From the NCBI GenBank assembly GCA_963658395.1, contig CAVKPZ010000003.1:1-43471 (forward strand): DNA of 43,471 bases, read 5' to 3'. The notes beneath the pieces were generated by a model. The model was given only the letters and a program-made list of their open reading frames with translations, made no database searches and was not told the DNA's origin. The position numbers and the translations under genes were made by a program. This document shows, piece by piece, positions 25,896 through 33,941 of this stretch (its first letter is position 1; the number at the start of each line of letters is the position of its first letter). Source of the DNA: Lachnospiraceae bacterium. Its GTDB lineage: Bacteria > Bacillota_I > Bacilli_A > RFN20 > CAG-826.

Positions 25896-27449
25896 TCAAT
25901 AGGAATAGGGCATGATGAACACGCCTCTTCCGGGCTCTAGCTCAACGGTGTAGGTATGCGAGGCGGTCGCGTAGTCGCTCACATTGCCCTCATCGTCGAT
26001 GACCCTCACCGCGTCGATCCCCTCCTTTAAGGCGATGACGCTCTTAGATTTGGAGCTGGTGGTGACGGGGTCAGTGACGTTGACGCACATGTAGCCGTAT
26101 TGGCTGTTCGATTTATCGACCATCTCGGTGGCCAAAAGAATCGACTTGGAGTCGTTGCTCGTTTTCTCCAGGTCCATGTACTTGAAGCTTTCTGCGTCTT
26201 TGGCGTTGCTTAGGAAGCTCACGTCGCAAGGGGCGCTATTCGAATCCAAGTAGGAGCAAAGGCCGTTGTAGGAGAAGTTCATGGTGACGCTTGCTAGGCT
26301 CTTGATGCCAGGGTGGTAGGTCTTCGCCCAGTCGTAGAGCGGGGTGGTCTTGCCGTTGCTCGTCACAAAGCTCGTGCCGTCATCGAAACTTTCGCCGTTC
26401 GAGGAGTTGCTTGGCCGGCGCATATAGGTGAAGTAGCTGATCTGATCCACCCCGAAGCCCAGGGCGACGTTCCATTGCCAATAAAGGTCGTTTAGGGTGA
26501 CGGGGCGAGTCTTCCTCACCCCTTTGTTGGTCCAGGAGGAGGATTGGACGACGAGATAGAGCTCTAGCCCTTTAGACTCGGCCACCTCCGCGCAGATCTG
26601 CATCGTGGGGAGGTGATTGATGTCGAGGCTTGGCTGGTTGATGTCGCCGTCTTTCACCCTCATGGGATAGGAGTCCACCATGATGTAGCTTGCTCCTGTC
26701 GCCTCGACGAAGGCACTAACATACTTGCGGTAATGGTTCAAGAGCCCGTCGGAGGTCGCTCCTTCTTCGTAGGAGGAGGCGACGCTGCTATTGCAAGGGA
26801 AGAGATTGCACTGAACAAAGATATTCGGGTCGACCTCCTTGATCCCTTTGTATAAGGCCCCGATCGAAGGGAAGGAGAGGTAGCTTGGCTCGTCTTTGAG
26901 CATGACGCCATGGAAGGCGGGGTGCTTGGAATAATCCTTAAGGCAGGTCTTTAGATAGGCCACGAGCTCCTCTTGACTCGCGTAGGCGCACCCTTCGCCG
27001 ACGAGGGGGGTTTCTAAAGTGGAGAGCTGGTAGATCCTCTGATCGAAGAGAATCGTCTTAAGCCCGACGCTTTCGGCGAGATCGAAGAGCTTCTTGACGC
27101 TTGAGCTCTCCCAATCCTCGCCGTTATAGGGGTCGTTGGCGTCGATGAGGAGATAGTCGAAGCCGGCGTCTTTGTACTGCTGGTACATCTCTTTCGTCTG
27201 GAAGGTGACGGGGTTGCCTTCCTCGTCTTTGGTCTGGTAGACCGTCCCGTCTTTGGTGTAGAAGCCTTTGTTCGGGGCGGCGTAGGAATACATCGTCATC
27301 TTCTTCGAGGAAGAGGAGTAGTCCGGGGCCTTGGAGGTGTCCGCGGAGCTTGAAGGGAGACTCTCTTCGCTAGAAGAGGTCGAATCATGGGCGGAGCAGG
27401 CGCATAGCGAGAGCGCGGCTAAGACGTAAAGAATCTTTTTGTGACGCAT
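25896..27449 (-). CDS. Lipoprotein TIM-barrel-like glycoside-hydrolase candidate (xDEP family, paralog B)
   Basis: 517 aa. MRHKKILYVLAALSLCAC (probable lipobox) + SAHDSTSSSEESLPSSSADTS linker. YKDAGFDYLLI, HPAFHGVMLKDEPS, VQCNLFPC, IMVDSYPM. C-terminal beta-sandwich ending LEPGRGVFIMPY. GGAGGA lies upstream of ATG 27449. Confidence 0.5.
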   Translation of the reverse strand: MRHKKILYVLAALSLCACSAHDSTSSSEESLPSSSADTSKAPDYSSSSKKMTMYSYAAPNKGFYTKDGTVYQTKDEEGNPVTFQTKEMYQQYKDAGFDYLLIDANDPYNGEDWESSSVKKLFDLAESVGLKTILFDQRIYQLSTLETPLVGEGCAYASQEELVAYLKTCLKDYSKHPAFHGVMLKDEPSYLSFPSIGALYKGIKEVDPNIFVQCNLFPCNSSVASSYEEGATSDGLLNHYRKYVSAFVEATGASYIMVDSYPMRVKDGDINQPSLDINHLPTMQICAEVAESKGLELYLVVQSSSWTNKGVRKTRPVTLNDLYWQWNVALGFGVDQISYFTYMRRPSNSSNGESFDDGTSFVTSNGKTTPLYDWAKTYHPGIKSLASVTMNFSYNGLCSYLDSNSAPCDVSFLSNAKDAESFKYMDLEKTSNDSKSILLATEMVDKSNSQYGYMCVNVTDPVTTSSKSKSVIALKEGIDAVRVIDDEGNVSDYATASHTYTVELEPGRGVFIMPYSY

Positions 27450-27451
27450 GG

Positions 27452-28741
27452 TTAATCCTCCGTTGCCCTGTTCCCGGCTTTGTCGGAAAGGTAGGGCTTT
27501 TCAAATTCGAAGATGAGATTCCCGAATTGGCTGGAGCCGAGGAAGACCGTCTTCCCCTTCATCTCATGGGCATAATTCAAGGACATCCAATCGAAGAAGC
27601 CGACGAGTTCTTTCCCTTCTTCTTTCTCTTCGTAGAGATAGCTTCTTATGGCGAGCTTGGATTCGGAGAGTTTGGTGATGACGATATTCCAATCGTAGAT
27701 GTATTTGCTGCTTAGATCGTCTCTTCCAAATGTCCCAGCCCGGTAGGCGATCGGGGTGGAAAAGCGCAGGCGGTCTGGCCCATAGATGCGCATCCCGTCA
27801 TAGGGGGCGAGCTGCTCTAAGGAGCAGATTAGCCCGTGGCCGGAGCTAATCTCGCCATCGGCGGTGTCACCAAGCAAGAGGATCTGCGGGGCGTTCTTGC
27901 CACGGAAGCGCGTGGAGACGGTATAGAAGGTGTCTTTGGCCAAGGTGAGTTCCTCCTCATAGCCTAGATAAGACAAGGAAGAAGGAGAGGAGCTAGAAAG
28001 CAGCTTCACGCAGTTGTCTTTATCCCCGGCGTAGGCGCTTTTGCTTACGATTCCTTCTCCCCAACTTGCCCCTTCCGAGTTCGTGGCGGTGACGTTGATG
28101 CTCGTAAGCTCATACCCCGCTTCGTTATGGATGTTGAGGTTGAAGGTGTAGGTGCCTGCTTTATCAAAGGTATAGGAGGTCGTCCCTTCCTCGATCTTCG
28201 TGGTCTTCTCGTCGACGGGATAATGATCGACGGAGATCGTCTCATTGCCGTAAGTCACGGATTCGAAATCAACGGTGGTGTAGGCGAGGGGGAGGGCGAT
28301 GATGCCGCTGCGATCATAGATGTCAGCGAAGCTCATCGTGGCCCCGACTTTGACGCTTACCCCGTTGGTGGCTGGGGTGACGTCGGGGGAAGGGGGGAGC
28401 GATTTGATGGAGAGGGTGTAGCTCTCTTTCGCCCCGTTGCTTCCTTTGAAAGTGAAGGCGAAGGTGTAGTCCCCCACCTCATCGAATTGGTAATAGAGCG
28501 AATTCGTGGTGAGCTTGTTTCCGCTCGGGGTGGTGATGTCGATGGTCGTGGTCACCCCGCTTGGGATGGCGAAATAAGCGTTGAAGTCAGCCATGTCTTC
28601 GATGGCGACGCTTAGGCTGCTTGGGTCCGCCCCGATGTAGCTCACCCCAAGGGAAGCTTGGGGCTCGTTTTGGCCCGAGCAGCCAGAGAGCAGGCTCGAG
28701 ACGAGTAGAGCGGAACTTAGGAAGAGGGTTTTTGCTTTCAT
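27452..28741 (-). CDS. Lipoprotein of unknown function encoded inside the ABC-transporter operon
   Basis: The track ORF runs to 28996 through the permease gene. ATG 28741 (MKAKTLFLSSALLVSSLLSGC, lipobox LSGC) forms an ATGA overlap with the permease stop (28738-28740). 429 aa. N-terminal Ig-like region (TTIDITTPSGNKLTTNSLYYQFDEVGDYTFAFTFKGSNG) and a C-terminal ~190-aa beta-rich domain I cannot assign. Confidence 0.65.
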   Translation of the reverse strand: MKAKTLFLSSALLVSSLLSGCSGQNEPQASLGVSYIGADPSSLSVAIEDMADFNAYFAIPSGVTTTIDITTPSGNKLTTNSLYYQFDEVGDYTFAFTFKGSNGAKESYTLSIKSLPPSPDVTPATNGVSVKVGATMSFADIYDRSGIIALPLAYTTVDFESVTYGNETISVDHYPVDEKTTKIEEGTTSYTFDKAGTYTFNLNIHNEAGYELTSINVTATNSEGASWGEGIVSKSAYAGDKDNCVKLLSSSSPSSLSYLGYEEELTLAKDTFYTVSTRFRGKNAPQILLLGDTADGEISSGHGLICSLEQLAPYDGMRIYGPDRLRFSTPIAYRAGTFGRDDLSSKYIYDWNIVITKLSESKLAIRSYLYEEKEEGKELVGFFDWMSLNYAHEMKGKTVFLGSSQFGNLIFEFEKPYLSDKAGNRATED

Positions 28742-29658
28742 CCTTTGATGCCTCCTGCAGAAACGTTTTCCAACATTTTCCGTTGCCCGATCGCATAGAG
28801 GATCATCGGCGGGATGGCCGCCAGGCAGACGGAAACGTAGTAGGTCGACATCGACATATCCGCGCTGTTGGAAACAATGGATTCGAATTGGTATAGGCCA
28901 TAGGCCAGGTTGGGGTAAGAGCGCATGTAGAGCATCGGGGTCTGGTAGTTGTTCCAGGTCGCGAGCACCTGCGTGGTGTAAAGGGCGATGATGCAAGGCA
29001 AGATCTGGGGCAAGATGACCCGGAACATGACCTGAAGGCGATTAGCCCCGTCTAGATAGGCCGCCTCGCTGTAAGATTTGTCGATGTTCCTCAGATAGCT
29101 GTAGAAGATCAAGGCGCTCATGTCGAAGCCCGAGAGCCAAGCCATCCAGAAGAGGCTTGGGTTGTCGAGCATGTCGAAGGTCTTGAATAGACGGTATTGG
29201 GCCGGCGCGGTGCCGATGATCGGGATGGTGATGCGGAAGATGATGATGAAGTAGATGACCTTGTTGCCCGGGAATTTGTAGCGGGCCAAAGGATAGGCGA
29301 CTAGAAGCGAGGCCAGGATATTGAGCGCGCTGGAGCCAAAGCACTGCCAGCACGAGTTCCAGAGCATCTCCCAGAAGCCGACCCCGTCGACCTCGAACTC
29401 CTTGATGGCCTGCGCGAACTGATCGAGCTTGAATTGGCTTGGGAAGGAAAGCGGGTCCGACCCATAGAGCTCATCCAAGGTCTTCATGGAGTTCGTGAAG
29501 CAATAGAAGAGGGGGAAGATCGAGAAGATCGCGAAGAAAAGGAAGAGAATGAAATAGACGGTGAAGACGATGTTCTCGCTTTTGGTCCGGCGGGAGAATT
29601 TCCGATAGATCATCTCGCCGAAGCTCGGCTTCATCTTCTGAGCGCGGGAATAGTTCAT
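28738..29658 (-). CDS. Carbohydrate ABC transporter permease (LplC/MalG-like)
   Basis: 306 aa, multi-pass membrane protein. Binding-protein-dependent transport EAA loop SEAAYLDGANRLQVMFRVILPQILP. ATGA overlap with the upstream permease gene (29655-29658). Confidence 0.85.
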   Translation of the reverse strand: MNYSRAQKMKPSFGEMIYRKFSRRTKSENIVFTVYFILFLFFAIFSIFPLFYCFTNSMKTLDELYGSDPLSFPSQFKLDQFAQAIKEFEVDGVGFWEMLWNSCWQCFGSSALNILASLLVAYPLARYKFPGNKVIYFIIIFRITIPIIGTAPAQYRLFKTFDMLDNPSLFWMAWLSGFDMSALIFYSYLRNIDKSYSEAAYLDGANRLQVMFRVILPQILPCIIALYTTQVLATWNNYQTPMLYMRSYPNLAYGLYQFESIVSNSADMSMSTYYVSVCLAAIPPMILYAIGQRKMLENVSAGGIKG

Positions 29659-30623
29659 TTTTCAGTCACCGCCCTTTCTAAGAAGCGTTTCGCAAGCAGA
29701 ATCACAGGCATGGTCATGAGCGTGAGCAGCAAGCCTAGAGCCGCTGGGAAGCCATATTGGTTAGACATGTTCGGACTGGAGGAGATGTTGTAGACCCAGT
29801 AGTAGAGGTAGAAGCCCATGGTCGCGGTTTTGTGCTCGCCCATGGTGTAGAGGAAGACGCATCCGTCCGCGGTGAAGATCGTCGAGAGGCCGCTTACGAG
29901 GTTGATGACCAAGGTCGGCCAGGCGGTGGGGATCGCCACGTGGAGGAACTCCCCGAAGAAGCCCACCCCATCCAAATGGGAAGCCTCCACGAGGTCTTTC
30001 GGGATGCGGGTGTAGGCGCCGGTTAAGGCGATGTCGCAGGCAATCAGGTGGGGGATCGTGTTCACGAGGACGATCGTGATGTAGGCGGTGCTGTCGCTAG
30101 AGAAGAAGCCGCTTCGCATGATGTCTTTCGGGATGTTCACCCCCATATGCATGAGCATTGAGATGATGGGCCCTCCCATCTCTCCTCCGCCCACGAGGAT
30201 CGAGACGAGCCTCGTCCAGACGACCGAGCCTAAGATCGCGGGGATCGCGAAGACGATGCGGAAGAAATTGTGCCCGGGGATCCGTTTATAAAGGATATAG
30301 GTGGAGAGAGTGATGAGCGGGGTGCAGACGATGTTGACGATGAACCAATAGAGGACGGTCTTGCCAAGAATCTCCCCAAGCACCCAGCCGTGGGAATCCT
30401 CTTTCACAAAGGCGATGAAGACGTTCTGGAAGTTCTCCAGCGTGAACGCGCCGAAGGAATCGGTGAAGGCGTAGATGATGGAGTTGATGTTTACGACCAC
30501 CCAGAAGACGATGAACTGGGCGACCGGGATGAGCAGCATCAGGTAGCAGAAGGGGAAGGCCTGACGGTCTTCCATGGAATAGGCTAGCCTGTAATGCCTT
30601 TTGAGGTTATTTGCTAACGTCAT
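29655..30623 (-). CDS. Carbohydrate ABC transporter permease (LplB/MalF-like)
   Basis: 322 aa, multi-pass membrane protein. EAA-type loop LVEASHLDGVGFFGEFLHVAIPTAWPT. N-terminus resembles LplB-type permeases. The start overlaps the solute-binding-protein gene by 17 nt. Confidence 0.85.
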   Translation of the reverse strand: MTLANNLKRHYRLAYSMEDRQAFPFCYLMLLIPVAQFIVFWVVVNINSIIYAFTDSFGAFTLENFQNVFIAFVKEDSHGWVLGEILGKTVLYWFIVNIVCTPLITLSTYILYKRIPGHNFFRIVFAIPAILGSVVWTRLVSILVGGGEMGGPIISMLMHMGVNIPKDIMRSGFFSSDSTAYITIVLVNTIPHLIACDIALTGAYTRIPKDLVEASHLDGVGFFGEFLHVAIPTAWPTLVINLVSGLSTIFTADGCVFLYTMGEHKTATMGFYLYYWVYNISSSPNMSNQYGFPAALGLLLTLMTMPVILLAKRFLERAVTEK

Positions 30624-32190
30624 AGCCCGCGGTCTTAAGAGTCTTCGCCCAGTATTCCTGGGTCATGTTGCCCTTGATGTCGCTGATGACTTCCGAAGAG
30701 CCTTTGGCGACGATGTTCTTGACGACGGTGTCGCCATATTGGACGTAGGTCTGAATGTTGGCGTTGAAGCGCAAGCCGACGTTCCTGGCGTTATTGACCA
30801 TCCATGCTTTCTGCCCGTTGATGACTTTGCTTACGGCGTTGACGAAAGGATAGTCGCTTTCGATGCTGTTAGTGTCGGCGTAGACGGAGGCCCCATAGGC
30901 GGTTTCGTTGAACACCTTGCCGAAGTCGTTGCTGCAGAGCATGCGCAGGAAGAGCTTCGCCACATCGGCTTTCGTGGAGCCTTTGGTGAGGTAGGCGTTG
31001 GCGTAGGCTTTCTCGAAATGGGCGCCTCTAGCCTCGTATACCCTCTCGACGATTTCTTTGCTGAGCGAAGTGGCGCTCATGGCCTCCTCGACGGTCTTGT
31101 CGTCGTCATAAAGCCCGATGAGGGTCGATAGCTGCTTGTCGCTGATCCCGAGGATCGTCCCAAGGGTTGAGCTCACCGGAGTGTTCATGAAGGTGATGTC
31201 GTTGAGGTACTTCTGATAGTTGGCCTTGACTTCGTTGAAGAAGAATTCCCCATCGCAAGTGAAGGCGGCTTTGCCGGTGACGACGTTGTAATGGGATTTG
31301 GCGTGGGTCTCGTTCTCGCTGTTGGCGGTAGCGGTGTCCACGTTATAGAGCTTGTCGATCAGCGTGAGAGGGGTGTAGATGTTGTCGTTCTGATACCAGG
31401 TATAGCCCGTGTCGATATCGTTTTGGGTGATCTCGCCGCTTGGATCTTTCTGAAGCGTCATGAATTGGGTGTAGCCCTCTTTCCCGAGGACCTGGGCGAG
31501 CCAGGGGTAGACGGCGAAAAGGGAGTAGCCGGAGGAGTTGTATCCGCCCCAAGAGAAGGGGTAGACGCCGGTCTCCGAGGTTTGTTTGTAAATCGTGTCG
31601 AAGCAATTGAAAAGCTCGTCGGTCGTGCGGGGAAGGGACAAATTATAGGAAGAGAGGACCTTCGTGTTGGCGACCATGCCGCAAGGAGAAGAGGACCAGA
31701 GGACGCCGTAATAGGTGCCGTTGTACTTGACGGCGTGATCATAGGTCGGGTCGAGTTTGTCTTTGATGAGCTTGCTTTCTTCCGTCCTATCGAAGGAAAG
31801 AGGATGGGAAGAATAGACATCGTCCAAAGACTCGACGCAGGCGTCGTATTGCTTGTCTTGGGTCTCGCTCGCCCGGCAAGCCGAGACGAGATAGAGGTCG
31901 ACGTTGGTCTTTTTGTATCCGATGCGCATGTCGGCGAGGGCGCTAGCGCCTTCGAGGGTGTTGCTGGGGGTGATGATGTTCACCTTGTAGTTCTGCTTCG
32001 CGAAGGCCGCCTCGAATTTCTCTTTGAGGGTGTAAAGCCAGGTCGTTCCGTGGCCGCCTTTGTAGACTTTGATGTTAATGGTGGTCGCGGGGACGCCGTC
32101 GCTATTCACGTCGTCTCCATTGCCTCCGGAGCAAGCGCCCAGGGCCGCGACGGCTCCGCACAGGATGAGAATCTTGGTTGATTTTTTCAT
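30607..32190 (-). CDS. Lipoprotein extracellular solute-binding protein, large LplA-like type (~527 aa)
   Basis: The track ORF runs to 32232. ATG 32190 (MKKSTKILILCGAVAALGAC, lipobox LGAC) has GGAGG 6 nt upstream. The size and its position ahead of LplB/LplC-like permeases fit the large family-1 oligosaccharide binding proteins. Confidence 0.75.
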   Translation of the reverse strand: MKKSTKILILCGAVAALGACSGGNGDDVNSDGVPATTINIKVYKGGHGTTWLYTLKEKFEAAFAKQNYKVNIITPSNTLEGASALADMRIGYKKTNVDLYLVSACRASETQDKQYDACVESLDDVYSSHPLSFDRTEESKLIKDKLDPTYDHAVKYNGTYYGVLWSSSPCGMVANTKVLSSYNLSLPRTTDELFNCFDTIYKQTSETGVYPFSWGGYNSSGYSLFAVYPWLAQVLGKEGYTQFMTLQKDPSGEITQNDIDTGYTWYQNDNIYTPLTLIDKLYNVDTATANSENETHAKSHYNVVTGKAAFTCDGEFFFNEVKANYQKYLNDITFMNTPVSSTLGTILGISDKQLSTLIGLYDDDKTVEEAMSATSLSKEIVERVYEARGAHFEKAYANAYLTKGSTKADVAKLFLRMLCSNDFGKVFNETAYGASVYADTNSIESDYPFVNAVSKVINGQKAWMVNNARNVGLRFNANIQTYVQYGDTVVKNIVAKGSSEVISDIKGNMTQEYWAKTLKTAGYDVSK

Positions 32191-32437
32191 GTTTTGCCTC
32201 CAGGGAATTCCCTTTGACGAAGATCGGCGCATTTTGCCGAAACCTCGCCTTGCTTATACCAATACTCTAATGCGTAAAAGGGCTTACAAGTATCAAAAAA
32301 AGGAATTAAAATATAGAAAATTAGTTTAGAAGACGCTTTTGCTTCATTTCTTCTTTTAGGAAGGGAATTACCGAAAAGACCCGTTAAGGACGGCTTTTTT
32401 CATTTTGAATAGGGAATGGACTTTGAGGGAGAGGCGA
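32191..32437 (-). promoter_or_regulatory. Intergenic region expected to hold the promoter and activator sites of the ABC/hydrolase operon
   Basis: 247-nt AT-rich gap upstream of the first operon gene. This is the only sizeable gap between 17982 and 33784 on the minus strand. I could only find weak -35/-10 candidates (e.g. TTGTAA-17-AGTATT on the minus strand), which is compatible with an activator-dependent promoter. Confidence 0.3.
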
Positions 32438-33784
32438 CTATTTCTTGTACGGAATGAGGAAAACGCCGTCTCCTTCCTCGAGTTTCATCTCGAAACGGGA
32501 GGATTGGAGGTCGATGGTTTCTTTGCTTTCGCCGTGGTATACCAAGACCGCGTCGGCCCCTTTGAAGGTCAGCGCGAGCTCATCGTCTAGCTCATAGGCG
32601 GGGTCGGAGAAGTTCGTGATGATGTAGCCCTCTCTTCCCTCCCCGTTTTGGAACTTCCCGATCAGGGTGTTCGCGCTCGCCTCGATGTCCTTGATCCCGG
32701 GTATTTCCTGCAAGGGATTATCAAGCATCGTGAATTGCATGGGGTAGTCTTCCTCTTCGCTCCCTTGGATGGGCATCGTGCCTTGATAAGAGAAGTCGAG
32801 GTAGGCCTCGTCGAGATTCAGCAGCTTCTTGTTCGCGCTTTTCACGGCCTCATAAAGCGGGGTTTTCTCCCCATTGCGGTCGATCATGGCGTAGGCCTGC
32901 TCTTCGTAGCTAAGAGGGGTCCAATAGCAATAGTATTGGATGGAGCGGCTGCCGTAAGCGAGCTGGGTCATGACTTGATGGAAGACCTCCGCCTCGTTTG
33001 GCGTGCGCAGGGAATCGGATTCGCCCATCGCCCGAACGAAGGTGTACATTGGGATCCCCTCCTCCATGCATTTGCTTTGCACGAATTCCAGGTTGTAGAG
33101 GACGTCGGCGGTCATGAGGGGGTTGGCTTTATCCCCTTTCAGGCAATAGTGGTCGTAGCTTAGGAAAGCGGGGTTCATCTCCTTCAAATAGGAATCGATG
33201 TATTCCTCGTAGGTCTTCGTGCCTCTTTGCTCCGCTTTGGCGTAGGTGGGGAGAAGATTCACGTAGAATTCCTTGCCTGGATACTCTTTCTCGAAGGATT
33301 TCTTCATTTCGCCGAGGTCCGAGAACCATTTCGCGGGCGGCTCGTCGGTGATGAGGAAGCCCTCTAGGGCCGGGCTGGAATCATAGTCCTTTGTGAGCTC
33401 ATGCATGCTGGAGCCTGCGTAGAAAGAAGAGACGAGGGAGTCTCTGGCGAGATAGGAGATGCCCGCTTTCTCGCAGCATCGCAGGGCTCTTTTGATGGCT
33501 TCTTGGTCCCCGCCTTCGTGGATGCCATAGATGAGGTTGATCCCGCTTTCGGCGATCTCTTGGTAGCGCTCCTCGCTGATGAAGTCCTCATTCCCCGTCC
33601 CTTTGTAATCGGCTTGGGGAGGCCCCACCCATCCTCCGATACGCAGAATGTTGCTTGCCGCCTTCTGGGAGAAATCGGGAACCCCTCGGACGAGAGAGTA
33701 TTCCTCTTGCTCCGAGCCGAGGCAAGAGGAAAGGGAAAGAGAGCAAAGAAGCAAGGTCAAGGAAACGATGCGGTCTTTTTTCAT
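32438..33784 (-). CDS. Lipoprotein TIM-barrel-like glycoside-hydrolase candidate (xDEP family, paralog C)
   Basis: 448 aa. MKKDRIVSLTLLLCSLSLSSC (lipobox LSSC). IAESGINLIY, ALEGFLITDEPP, YVNLLPTY, FLSYDHYCL. C-terminal beta-sandwich ending LEEGDGVFLIPY, collinear with 25896-27449. Confidence 0.5.
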   Translation of the reverse strand: MKKDRIVSLTLLLCSLSLSSCLGSEQEEYSLVRGVPDFSQKAASNILRIGGWVGPPQADYKGTGNEDFISEERYQEIAESGINLIYGIHEGGDQEAIKRALRCCEKAGISYLARDSLVSSFYAGSSMHELTKDYDSSPALEGFLITDEPPAKWFSDLGEMKKSFEKEYPGKEFYVNLLPTYAKAEQRGTKTYEEYIDSYLKEMNPAFLSYDHYCLKGDKANPLMTADVLYNLEFVQSKCMEEGIPMYTFVRAMGESDSLRTPNEAEVFHQVMTQLAYGSRSIQYYCYWTPLSYEEQAYAMIDRNGEKTPLYEAVKSANKKLLNLDEAYLDFSYQGTMPIQGSEEEDYPMQFTMLDNPLQEIPGIKDIEASANTLIGKFQNGEGREGYIITNFSDPAYELDDELALTFKGADAVLVYHGESKETIDLQSSRFEMKLEEGDGVFLIPYKK

Positions 33785-33809
33785 GGGAGGGGCTCCTTTG
33801 TGCGATTGC

Positions 33810-33829
33810 CTTTACTTTATAAAGCAAAG
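33810..33829. promoter_or_regulatory. 20-bp imperfect palindrome, candidate operator in the divergent region between the paralog C lipoprotein gene and uxaB
   Basis: CTTTACTTTATAAAGCAAAG; 18 of 20 positions are self-complementary around a TTTATAAA core. Located 26 nt from the minus-strand gene start and 113 nt upstream of uxaB. Confidence 0.35.
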
Positions 33830-33941
33830 CAAGAAGCACGTATCGATAAATGGGAAAAAACTATCGAAAAAGCGACTTTGGCGTTTCGGAGATTAGGAAA
33901 AAAGGAAAAAAGGTATATTAATTTCGCTTGGGAGGGTGCTT

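Noticed and set aside
28742-28996. 85-codon N-terminal extension of the 27452 lipoprotein ORF (MHHRPLHHAGARDLEQ...).
   Set aside because: It lies entirely within the permease gene in another frame. A canonical lipoprotein signal peptide begins at ATG 28741, which forms an ATGA overlap with the permease stop.
32373-32400. Hairpin-like sequence GACCCGTTAAGGACGGCTTTTTT downstream of the 32438 gene, considered as a terminator.
   Set aside because: Only a 4-bp CCGT/ACGG stem pairs cleanly, and the T-run is on the plus strand where no gene ends. This is too weak to call. Read-through from 32438-33784 into the ABC operon cannot be excluded.
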